From Amphiscolops sp. MND2022 (taxonomy: Eukaryota): a DNA stretch of 64,000 nucleotides. Every line of letters starts with the position of its first letter. Position 1 is the stretch's first letter. The stretch lies in contig OZ076413.1 in NCBI GenBank assembly GCA_964187785.1, forward strand, positions 43,712,001-43,776,000. Direction: 5' to 3'. The position numbers and the translations under genes are program-made. The notes beneath the pieces are model-generated. The model did no database searches, was not told the origin of the DNA, and was given only the letters and a program-made list of their open reading frames with translations. Of the stretch, positions 1 through 11,459 are shown piece after piece.

Positions 1-42
1 CAATCATGGGTCACGATAGAGGGTTCGCGTTTTTCAGACGAC

Positions 43-2302
43 ATGTCTGACGAAGTCACTATCGAACAACAGCGAAAGGAGGAATTGGCCGCTATGGTTC
101 CTCCCTCAGAGAACTCCAGTGTTTCTGCAAATTCGCGTCGAACTGAGCAGTGGGTCGACGAAACCTGCCGCGATAGAGCTAATGAAGTGGAAGAGGGCTG
201 GCCTAATTCGAATATGACCGATGAACTGGCGGCTGAGGAAGGGTGCTCGCGCGCACCCCCGGCTGGAGAAAGACAACTTGGCTCACAAACTGACATGGAG
301 CAGGACCTCACTTATGTGGGAGGCATGAGTTACGCGCGACAGCGGGGACTCGGGACCACTCGAGGACCTACCCGGGTCTGTGCCTACGGGAAGCACAAGA
401 AGGTGCGACCACCTATACTACAGGTAGGCGAGCCACGTCAAGAGGTATCCCGTGTCAGGAGTATGACAGGCTCATTGGCCTCATCGCAACGGTCTTCAGT
501 ATACAAGGCAGCACTATTGGATGCCCAAGCCGAAACCCAACGGGCCCTAGCAGGTCTGGCCAGCACTCGTGCTGAATGCAATGAGCAACACCTTGCCATC
601 GTAGAGAACATTAAAGTGATGCAGACGACGATGCGTGAAGGCCTGCAGGTCAGTGATCAATTGCGCACCGCGCAGAATGTGCAAAATGCTCGAGTGGACA
701 CATTGGGTCACCGGATAGGAGAGATGAATGACACGTTGATGGCTCGCGAGCTGCGCGTGGAAACGCAGATCAACGACTTAAGCAATCAGATGCACACGGT
801 ACTCAATGCCATTGATGTGATGAGGCGTGAGAGGTCACTCCCGCGGCAGCCCAGTGCAAGTGGAGGCGTGCGGAATGGAGGTCCAGTCCGTATCTCGGAG
901 CCGACGTGCCCGAGCCAGGTAGTGAAATCGGAACTGCCGAGCGCGCTAAAGCCTAGCACTTCCAGGCCGGCAGTGCCTGCGCCCCGGAAAGATGAAGGAG
1001 TAGCCGGAAATTTGGTGATAGCCACGCCTGAAGCAGAGCGCAAGCCTGCACGAGTGCAGATGAGGGGACATCACGACTCAGCAGAATCATCGATGCCTTC
1101 TGCAATCCAGAGTACCACTCGAGATCAAGGCGTGGACCCGATGTCGACCATCTATCTTGATTCCTCGGTTGAAGTCGACCTATCTAACACCAAAGCAACC
1201 CTAGGCTCTCAAACCGAGGGAGCAACGTTTGCAACTGCCCCCATTTCGATGTCAGGACCAGATTCCCTATACTTGACCGCAGACTTGTCAGCCGATCATG
1301 GACTGCTCTCGGGCACTCCCTGTGCTAGCAGCACTCGTAAAAAGGACGAAATCGCCGACCTGTCGATACAAGCCACTCTTGGTAGTCATGACAGGACGCG
1401 CGAGGGGGAGGCCAAGGCCGATGAAAGAGAAGCCATATCACCCGAGCAGCTGAGATTCACGGCCGCCATATCAAAGGCGATGTCAAAAGAGTTAGCGCCC
1501 TTACTCGCCGGCAGAGACTTGGCTCAGGCGAGGCCCAATGTATATCGCGGGTCCAAAGACGGATCCATTGATTGGTGGATCCTTATTATGCAGAGATACC
1601 TGAAGAGAACACAAACCAAGGTCTCAGCCGAGGACCAGGCTTGGAGCATCATCGGTCACCTTGAAGGTGAAGCCCGCAACTACATCATTAACAAAGCTGA
1701 ATCCGAACGTGACACCCCCGAGAAAGTGTTCGAATTGTTATCCAGCCGCTTTGGCGCTGGAGGAAACCGTATGCAAGTGCGACAAGCTTTCCAGAGCCGC
1801 ATTCAACAAGAGAAAGAAGACTGGATGCAGTACTTAGACGCTCTAGAGGGTCTTCGGAGTCAAGGATTCCCACAAGAGGCAAACACCACCAAGCGCTATG
1901 AAATCCTCCAGCGCTTCATGGAAGGTGTACGAGACTCAGCGCTGAGGCGGGAGCTGGCCATAGTGTATGCCTCGGAAGTCTTCCTGACCGAGCCACCTAC
2001 GGTGGAATCCCTCCGCTTCACCACCGCCAATTGCAGCGCAACCGTCCAAAACCTAACCAATTCCCTCAACCCTATGACCCCAGACTAGCAATGAGGTCTC
2101 GACCTCATCCCTTCGCGCCACTACCCCCCAACAAAATGGTGTTACCACAAGGAGTAATGCCTCCCCCACCTGCGAGTAATGCTCCCCCCAATCAAGCAGC
2201 AGTGCAGCCTGCGGCACGCCTACCCTTGGCGCGTGCTATAATTGCGGTCAAGCTGGGCATTTTGCCCGGGACTGTCCCACCCGCGATCAAGCTCGCAAAC
2301 CA
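43..2302 (+). pseudogene. gag: Element A gag, frameshifted (about 2025 and 2225)
   Basis: Retrotransposon capsid-like region (WWILIMQRYL...YLDALEGLRSQGFP) is nearly the same as in element C Gag. CCHC knuckle CYNCGQAGHFARDC is readable at about 2234-2275. Confidence 0.85.
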
Positions 2303-5300
2303 GTGGCAGCTCCTGAACCAGAAGGCGTGAAAGTCACTGCTGAAGACGTAACTGATGGCGTGTTGGAGAGCTATCCAGGCATTCATCAGTGTGCGCACTG
2401 TGGAGTCTATGACCATGTGGATGTCCCCTGTAGTGAGCATTCTCAAGCTCCGAGGCCTAATGATGAATTGGCCTACAATCGATGGGCTGAAGTGGAATCC
2501 GCTGGTGTGGCCGCCCACACGGTACCCCTGGAAGATGATCGCGTATTAATGCTACACCCAGCGGAGCCCCCAGCGTTTCACCCCCCACTGATAGTTACAT
2601 GTGGGACAAAGCAGATTCAGACGTGCTTGGAGCCTACAACGTTCGATCCACAAGGGAGAACGTTGATCTCGATTCATCTTATGCTGGCAGCCGAGCAGGT
2701 GCGTAGACCAACGTTAACCTTGGCGAAACTCTGGGTTGAGCTATCTGTCCTCTATAACCGGATAGAATTGCCCCGCCCAAAACCGTGGCACGTCCCTGGA
2801 GAGTCGGAGACCCTGACTACGTACTCGCCAGTACCAGTCTGTGCAACGATGGACGGCGTGGACGTGAAGTTCGAGGCCTGTGTGGTGGTAGATGTATTCC
2901 CACCCGGCTTATGCTTGGGACCTCAAGATCTGAAATGCTATAATATCAACCACCAAGAACCCACCGGGGAAGCGCGAATAGACGAGCGTGCGTCGCTCGT
3001 TGTCTCCTTTGTGGTGCCTCATGCGGCACCTATCCCACTGCGAGGCCTGGTGGACACTGGTTCCGGAGTATCCATACTAACCTTCTCCGCCTTCAACCGG
3101 GTAGCTGCACGGACCGGAGCGGTCCTGAAACCCTATCAAATTGATTTGTACGCTGCCAATGGGAAGACAATAAAGACTTTCGGGTTGGCTGAGCAGATAC
3201 GCTTCCAGTTGGGAGGGTATGAACTCGAAACCAATTTCGTCGTGGTAGATGACGCAATGGGCGTGGAGGACTTTCTGTTGGGTCGAAACTTCCTCCGTTC
3301 CTACCAAGTCTTGGTAGATCTAACCTCCATGAAGATAGTGGTGCGAGCACCCGTGAAGCCCGTCTGGCATCATGCGCACACCCAGGTAGGTGACGCTTCG
3401 TTAACTACCCCCATTACCCTGGACAGTGACCTAGTCCTACAGCCTTTCGAGCGTACAGTGGCAAAGGCCAAACTTGTCACCAACGCGCTTGAACCATTAA
3501 TCTTCCAGACCGTTGCGCTTAACGCCTCGTTGTCTGATCCCTCATTGCAAAATACCATCTTTTTAGAGGACAGCGTGGCCACTGTCAGTGAGACAGGAAC
3601 ACTGTATGTGAGCCTGGTAAACCTCACCAGCAACCAGCGGCGTGTACGATGTGGTGCCCACCTAGGCACGGTAGTGCCTGTGTCTCTAGTATACCAGGCT
3701 GTGCCCCAAAAGCTGGATGCTACTGTGGAAGCTGTTCACCAAACTGAAGCCGACAACAGTCGAGCAAATTTTGTTTATAAAGTATACAGTGAAATGAATC
3801 TATCCACTGCTTCTGAGTTAACTTCTTCATCTGAATTTGAGTTTTTGTCTTCTACGGATCCAAGTGAAGCGGGGCTTTCGGAGCGCGAGATTCGCAAGCG
3901 CACCGATCCCGACCTATTGGCCCCGATCCCTGGGCCCGATTATCAATTGCAAGAAGTCAAGAAACTCTGGGGCGCTAGCGCCTGCGAGTCCTTAGACAAC
4001 ATTCTTAACGAGTTTGATGACCTATTCATGAAACGCAAGGCGGATATTGGCCGCTGTACCATTGCTAAACACACCATAGAGGTAGAGCCTGAGGCTGTAC
4101 CGCACCGTGAAGGTGCTCGGAGAATGTCCCCCGAAAAGGCTGAACGAGCCAACCAGGAGGTTCGGAGCTTATTGGCCTTAGGGATGATACAACCTTCACT
4201 GTCCCCATGGGCAAGTGGTATCGTAATGGTAAAAAAGAAAAGCGGGGAGTTACGCTTTTGCTGTGACTTCCGACCGCTGAATGAAGTAACCATTAAGGAT
4301 GCCTACCCCCTGCCCCGTATCGATGAAAGCCTGGCGCGACTGGGCAATGCAAAGATCTACACCAGCATAGATCTTGCCTGGGCTTTCTGGCAAATTCCCT
4401 TGCGAAAGGCGGACCGCCACAAAACAGCCTTTGCCTGTGAGTTGGGACTCTTTGAATGGCGAAGAATGCCATTTGGCTTGTGCAATGCATCAGCCACCTT
4501 CCAGCGAGCAATAGCGCGAGCGCTGCAAAAAATAGTCAATCGCAAAGAGGCAGCATGGTCATGGCATACATCGACGACATAGTTATAGCAACTGAGACTG
4601 TGGAAGATCACATGGCGCGTTTGCGCGAGGTTTTTGAATGCCTCCGCGAAGCTGGCTTCAAGATGCGCGTAGCCAAATGCGACTTCATGAAACCAGAAAT
4701 CAAATATCTGGGACGCGTTGTCTCAGCAGAAGGTGTCAAACCGGACCCGAAAGCTGTTGCCAAACTGCGCGATTGGGACATCCCCCGCAACAAAACTGAA
4801 ATGCAAAGTTTCCTGGGATTCGCTAATTATTATCGTGAATTCATCCCGTGGCATGCCAAGCTGGTGGCGCCCCTCCACGCCGTTACGGGACTGAATGCCA
4901 CATTTGCATGGGGTCCTGACCAACAAAAAGCCTTCAACGAAATCAAGACAGCATTGATCGAGGCGACTGCGCTCGCGCAGCCTGATTCCGAAGGAGAGTT
5001 TGTTGCCAGCGCCGTTGCCATTTCCGGTATCCTACACCAGTGGCAAGGAGCTCCAGGAGAGCGACGCCTACGACCAATCATATACGGCAGCAAGAAACTG
5101 ACCACCACCCAAACCAAATATGGGGCACCCAAGCTGGAGATGTTTGCTGCCTACTACTTCATCCTCAAGTACCACAGCTACCTTTGTCCCCGAAAGTTCA
5201 CCCTGAGAGTCGACAACCAAGCCCTATCCTGGTTGAAAACCTACTCCACGGACCAAGCATTGATTGGACGTTGGATCATGACACTGGACAGGTATCACTT

Positions 5301-7750
5301 TCGCGTGGAACACAGACCACGAACGCAACACCGCAATGCTGATGGCTTGAGCAAACGAACCAACGATTATCGATGCCGAGAACAGCAGCTTGCGCAGCTG
5401 CCAGCTACTGGAGAGCGTTGGAACTTCCTCTCGGCCGAGGAAATCGACAACCACCCCATAGCCCCATGGTTCGACCTGCAAGGTCGAATCATTCCAAATC
5501 ATGCTGACCTACCACCGCATCTGCAGAACTTGGAGCCTAAGGCTCCTGACCAGGCACTCCGTGTGCTTCGCCGTGTGCAACGAGCGAACAAGCGAAAACG
5601 ACAGGCGAAGGCGCTAGCCGCGCCTTTACCGCCTCAGCCTCCACCCGTGCTACAGAAGCACGAGGACTTCTATCCAGACTATCCTGAAGACTGGATAGAC
5701 GTCACCACTGAGGCGAGCGAGGATTACCTGCTGCCAACACATGCAGTAAATGTCCCCTCGGGCACCATCTATTCTGTGACGGGAACGAGTAACGCCATGC
5801 TACAGAACTCTCCTGGTGGCGTGCGCGAGTCGATCATGGCCCTCAAGGACATCGACACCGAGCTCCATGAACACACACATACCGTGCATGGGATCAAGGA
5901 CTTGGTTTTAGCCCAAAACCGCGATGTCCATGTGCTAGCGCTGAAAAAGCTCGTGCAGTGTGAATCCCTAGATAACGATGTGTTTCCCGAGAACGTGCGT
6001 GAGTTCGCACGTAATTACTTCCGCCAGAAAAAGGATCTCTTGTTCATAAACAAGAATGATGTCCTTTGCGTGCAATACTCCCCCACCCAACGCCCACTGC
6101 ACGAACGTCCGTGCATGATCATAATGCCTCAACTGTACCAGCACGAGATTCTGTTCCGCGCCCACGACGCAATGGGACACCAAGGTATCTCAAAAGTGGT
6201 AGCTCGAATTCAAGAGCGCCACACTTGGCCCGGCATACGGCGCAGTGTCGGTCGATACGTGGGCCAATGCCTCACCTGCCAACAAATACGTGACAAGCCT
6301 GGTGACGTACGATTCCAATTGAAAAACATTCAGAGTGGCTACTTCAACGAGCTGGTCCAATATGACCACTTAAAAATCTGCTCCTCTGATAACAACAACA
6401 CTGGCATTTTTGTCATCATCGACCATTTCTCTAAATTTGCAGAGGCAGTCCCTTGTAGTCATCACGACTATGACGCAGTGACCACCTCACGATTGCTGCT
6501 GCAGAAATGGTTTGCCCGCCACGGCACCCCCACTCGCATGCAATCAGACAATGCCCCCAACCTAACTGCTGAAGTCTCTAATGAGTTTCTAAAGGCAGCT
6601 CACGTCACTAAGGTGACCTCCACTGCCGGACATCCACGAACTCAAGGCTTGGTGGAACGGCAAAACCGCACCCTCTTAACCTTGTTGCGAGTCTTTTGCT
6701 CACGTCGCATGCGCGACTGGGACCAGTGCTTAGATGAAGTAATCGGTGCCTATAATTCCACCAGGCACGCCACTACAGGCTTCTCGCCCTATATGTTAAC
6801 AAGGGGTGTTGAGAAAGCAATTCCCCTCACCTTTTTATACCCTGAATTTGCAGCCAAGTCCTTCGATACGCATGAAGCATACGTGGATCATGTGTTGGCT
6901 CGCCAACAAGAAATTCACGACTTGGTCCGGCGCAACACGCACCAAACCCAATTGCGCCAAAAACTGAAATATGATCGTGCTATCCGAGCACGAGCTTACC
7001 AGCCGGGAGAGCTTGTCTGGGTTTTTTGCCGCTATGTGCCGCAAAAAGGCTCTCCCAAACTGATGCGCGCCTGGCGTGGCCCGCACAAAATAGTACAAGT
7101 CTTTCAAGAAGGACGTGTCTACGTATTGGACACAGGCCAAAAGGTTCATTTTGAGCGCCTGAAACCTCATAATAGTGGGCCCCTTGAGCACGAGCGGACA
7201 GCGGCGAAATAGTGGTACTCATGGACCCTGAGCCTGAACATTCTGTTGAAGCAGTTGACGACGATAAGTCCCAGCCTTCATATAAAACTGAACAACTACT
7301 TTCAGAAGCATCTGACGTATCCTTGCCTTCGCGCAAGCAACATTGGATGGATACCCGTCTGCGCACAAAGTTACGTGCTGGAGGCTCCCGCATGCACTAC
7401 CAGCAATTCGACTACTCAACTTCGGGCACTGACGACGAGTTGTCCGAAATCATGCTACCGGTACCTCCTGATCCCGTTGATGCTGATCGCAGGGAGCCCG
7501 AACCCCAACTCCCTTCAGACCAATCAATATCACCTGCCCATCATCTGCCTCAACTATTCTCCGACCATGAGCGCGCGCGCTCTCCGTCACCACGAATATC
7601 CTCTCCCGAAAAACAGCCCTCCTTACTGGGAACATCGGCCCCACTATTGACAAATCCATCACTGACGAGTTTCCTCAACAACTATCCCATTTGGCCGGCC
7701 GCTCCTTCCCTTCCTCTGAAATCCGCCACTGAGGATGACGACGCTCAGTC
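2303..7750 (+). pseudogene. pol: Element A pol (aspartic protease, RT, RNase H, integrase), frameshifted and interrupted
   Basis: LVDTGS protease; LRFCCDFRPLN/MPFGL/YIDD RT with a frameshift near 4545; RNase H lacks the LDTD residues seen in element C; HHCC and DDE integrase; further lesion near 7190; insertion at 7751. Confidence 0.92.
7747..7750 (+). other. 4-bp target-site duplication AGTC of element B (second copy 27522-27525)
   Basis: cAGTC|TGTTGTG at the left end and TTTACA|AGTCcaatg at the right end. Confidence 0.93.
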
Positions 7751-8298
7751 TGTTGTGTTCAACACATCTTTTTCTTCAGTTTAACATTCCTAAAACATTT
7801 ATTTAAGATTATTTCATCGGAGCTAGAATAAAATTATTCATTTTCCGTAACTCATTTTTCGCATTCTTTCAATTTTCAAGGCACGCTTGAAAGAATTTTA
7901 GAAGTGAACAAATTCACAACTGCGCGTCACTTGAAAGAACAAATTCCCCTTTACAAAAGAGACGCTTGCCACTTGTGCAAATAATTCTCTTTTATTCTTT
8001 TGAAAAAGACAATATGCGACGCCACTTGTGCGAGCAAATATCTCTGAGAAGAGAACAATAGGCGCCACTTGTGCGGCCGGAGCTTCTCAATTTGAGAACA
8101 AAAGATTATTCAAGTGAGACCAAAAGTCCCCACTTAAGAGTCTAATTCCCCTGACATAAACAAAAATTGCATCAGCCAACTCGGCTAGCCGAGTTAAATG
8201 ACTAGCTGATGCAATTCTTGCCGACTTGTACTCGGCCATGCCTGGTCCCGAGGTTAATACCGAACAAGGACCGAGAATGTGACGTTATTTATTCGTAT

Positions 8299-8493
8299 CC
8301 AATAAAATGCACCGATCAATGCGATTGGTTGCACGTGCCTTTTGATTTGTATAAAAGGGCCAACATTTCTAAAGGCGATTCACTCGCTTCTCATAGTCTT
8401 TCACCTCTCAAACAAAATCAAATCCGTCACTCTCCTCCTCTCAAAAAACAAACAAATCTCCAAAACTCCACTCACTTCGCTTTTCAGGTAAGT
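8299..8493 (+). promoter_or_regulatory. Putative LTR Pol II promoter (CCAAT, TATAAAA 8350-8356, Inr-like TTCACT about 8379-8384) and major splice donor CAG|GTAAGT (GT at 8488)
   Basis: Canonical motifs at canonical spacing; perfect donor consensus about 105 nt after the predicted start site. Confidence 0.6.
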
Positions 8494-8854
8494 TATTTTC
8501 TTTAACTAAGAAAATAACAACAAAATTCACAATCAAAATTTCTTCCTTTTTGCTTTATTCTTGTCTTCGTGACAACAAATTTACAGTCATTCGACTGAAC
8601 AAAAAGTTAACCAACAAGGTTCTTCTATGCAATCATAGGGATTTATATTTTGAGCTAAACGCTCCAAATAAACCAGATTCTCGATTGAGACTTATTTTTT
8701 CTCTAAAGTACGCTATCGCGTCGAGACTTAGCAAATGCTAGTTAAAGTTAATTTTTATCTTAACTTAAATTAAAATTAAAACCTAAAATGCATATAATCT
8801 CTTAATTTACTTTAGTCGGACCTTAAGTTCGAGTTCCCTAACAATTCTGTACAA

Positions 8855-9372
8855 AAAAAAACAACTTAGCTATACGCGGTTGAATAAGACCTTTACTTTA
8901 ATTAGACTCGCAAGACTTCTTCAAAGTCTTGACGTTAGACAATCTTGCTCCTTTTGACTTAGCCACTGCTAGTCACAACATAAGTTAAACTCTTAAAACA
9001 CTGCACTGAACCTTATGTTCAAGCAGCCATTGGCAAGCCTGTCCAAACACAAAACCTAGCTAAACGCTGGTTAATAAGACCCTTACCTCACTTAGACTTA
9101 CAAGACTTCTTCAAAGTCTTGACGTTAGACAACCTTGTCTCTTTTTCGACTTAGCAAACCTGCTAGTCCATTGCAATAGGCTAAACTCTTAAAACACTGC
9201 ACTGAACCTTATGTTCAAGCAGCCATTGGCAAGCCTGTCCAAACACAAAACCTAGCTAAACGCTGGTTAATAAGATTTTACTTTACCCAGACTTACAAGA
9301 CTTCTTCAAAGTCTTGACGTTAGACAATCTTGTCTTCGACCTAGCTATTGCTGGTTATATAAGTTAAAACTT
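8855..9372 (+). repeat. Three diverged ~190-bp tandem units inside the LTR, each with a CAAGACTT-cttca-AAGTCTTG hairpin
   Basis: Hairpin copies start at 8911, 9101 and 9296; also present in the 3' LTR. Confidence 0.85.
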
Positions 9373-9946
9373 CACAATTTAAACTCTTCAGCTTCTTATA
9401 AGCTAGAACCTTTGACAAACCTGTCATACCTTTGTCAACAGACTTAACTAATCTCACATTCTTGTTGAGAATACTAAGACATGAAAAAGGTCTGAACAGA
9501 CCAAAAAATCCAATACTCTTCGTCCTAACAAATTGTTGGACGTTAAAGGACTCCAAAGTTCCAGCTTTTACAGTACTCTAACAACTTACCTGAATATTGC
9601 TATATTATTACATTAACGTATTTATTTTTGGTGAATGTTAAACAATCCAGATATTATTGATTGGATATTTGTGTCAATTTGGATGCTTATATTATTCTGT
9701 TTGTATTATATTCTTGCGTATTGTGTAAAAACGAACATTGTTGAATATAATACTCAACCTAATTCAAATCCTTTTTATAAAATTAAACTCTTCTCTCGAA
9801 ACAAAGTCCTTCCTGCGAACTCGGAAGACCTAGAGACAACTTTTGTAAAGGTTTAGGAAGGCATAGTCGCAAGCTAACTCCTAAGCGCAACTGACTAAGA
9901 ATCGCAGAAAACTAATTTTCCTAAACCCACACGAACCTTTACAAAC

Positions 9947-9963
9947 TGGTGCGACCAGTGAGG
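9947..9963 (+). other. Primer-binding site of element B (TGGTGCGACCAGTGAGG)
   Basis: TGG-initiated motif 3 nt after the LTR end; cognate tRNA not determined. Confidence 0.8.
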
Positions 9964-9986
9964 CTCATACAAGGAAAAATAGAAGA

Positions 9987-11381
9987 ATGGCGGATAATAC
10001 AGTCTCATTTCCCGACCTCGCGTTGGACAAATTCTCAAGAAACGATCCAGAACAAGATGTTAGATCATTTCTCACAACTGTTGAGAACAAAATCAATTTC
10101 TCGATGGGCCATGAACCCGACAATGATGACGAACGAGCAAGATACTTGTTCCGAAAAAAGGCACTTTCTTCATCTCTCCTGAGAGGACCTGCCGCCGAAT
10201 GGTACACAGATAACATAGAAGACGGACACGACTGGCTGCACATCAGAACACATTTTCTAACCCGTTTTTCCGACAATAGAGATAAATACAGATATAGAAT
10301 AACTGCAGAAAACAGTGTCAGAGGAAATGAAGAAATAATAAAGAACTACTTTCACCGAGTGAAACGAGCTGTCGATAGAGGATGGCCAGATGAAGAAAAT
10401 GCGGACAACGCAGCCAGAGCTGCACTGAATGCCCAAAGAAGACAAAAGTATATTGAATTCGCAGTCAGAGGACTAACGCCAAACGAACTCAAGAACAAGG
10501 CTCACCAATACTTAATTGAACACCCCAACGCTACTTGGGAACAATTTCAGGAACACGTAACTAATAAAGACCTTGTTTTTACTATCAGCTCGCAGTTAGC
10601 CCCGAATTCCTCACAAAATCAAAAAACATTGATAAATGAACTACGAGAAGACATAAATGCAATGAAGAATATGCTAAAAGAACAACAAGTCAGTTCTTTA
10701 GCTGTAGCTAATCCTTTATCTTACGGGTGCTCGCCCTCCCACTGTCACGACTACCACATTTCTGCAGTAGACGTAAATAATACGTCCCGCCAAAACATCA
10801 CACGATTTTGTAAATATTGTCAAAGAAATGGTCATACACTCCAATATTGCCGCAAAAAGATCTATGATGACGAAGCCAAGAGAGCACAATCAAGAGCTAA
10901 TGAAGAGAAGAAGGTCACCTTCACTAACGATTACAACAAACGGAAGGGACCCGGATTTGGGTCACAACAAAATTATCAGCCCTCATCGAGACCGAACTTC
11001 ACTAATAATCAGAGAAATAACCAACAGTCTAACCAAAACTTCAATAGAGGCAGACCTAACGAGGGAAACAACCGAAATGATAACTGGAACCGAAATAACC
11101 CTCAACAGCCGAACAACTTCAACAATTTCAATAGCAACAACAATCACTCTTCAGGTAGTAGGCCGACTCCTACTAATACTAATTTGTGAAACAATACTCC
11201 CTATACTGGAAATAGGCCAAATAGCCCGTATAACTTCAGTGCCCGACCACAAAACACAAATTCCGAGTACAATAGGAATTTCCCAACCAACAAAAACAGT
11301 TTCCCAAACTCCGTACAGTTCGTTGACGAAGAAGGACAGGACAGAGTCAGTACAATCTCATTCAACCCTTTAAACTGTTAA
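9987..11381 (+). pseudogene. gag: Element B gag (premature TGA at 11187-11189; natural stop TAA 11379-11381)
   Basis: Retrotransposon gag-like N-terminus (LLRGPAAEWY), CKYCQRNGHTLQYC knuckle, Asn-rich tail. The frame stays open after the TGA up to the slippery site. Confidence 0.85.
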
Positions 11382-11459
11382 AGTCTCCGCGACCTGACGA
11401 AGAAAGTAACCTCAAATCACGATTTCACCTAAATCTCTTCTTTTTTCCCACCGGAGACT
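11369..11459 (+). promoter_or_regulatory. Programmed -1 ribosomal frameshift signal (T TTA AAC plus downstream stem)
   Basis: Heptamer is phased correctly in the gag frame; the -1 frame is open into LDTGA; AGTCTCCG 11382-11389 pairs with CGGAGACT 11452-11459 after a 6-nt spacer. Confidence 0.8.

Larger units (their letters stand above)
7751..9943 (+). repeat. 5' LTR of element B (2193 bp)
   Basis: Direct repeat of 25331-27521; about 20 substitutions and 2 small indels counted by eye; TG...CA ends; followed by a PBS. Confidence 0.95.

Noticed and set aside
8209..8741. LTR ORFs of 98 and 63 aa duplicated in both LTRs
   Set aside because: Duplication is explained by LTR identity; they overlap promoter motifs and have no protein features.
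8990..9060. Twister or hammerhead ribozyme in the LTR repeats (AACACTGC...CAAGCC)
   Set aside because: Only fragments of the consensus are present; the required loop lengths, pseudoknot partners and CUGAUGA/GAAA cores were not found.
11187..11189. Programmed readthrough of the gag TGA
   Set aside because: A complete -1 frameshift signal lies downstream, so a point mutation in this copy is simpler.
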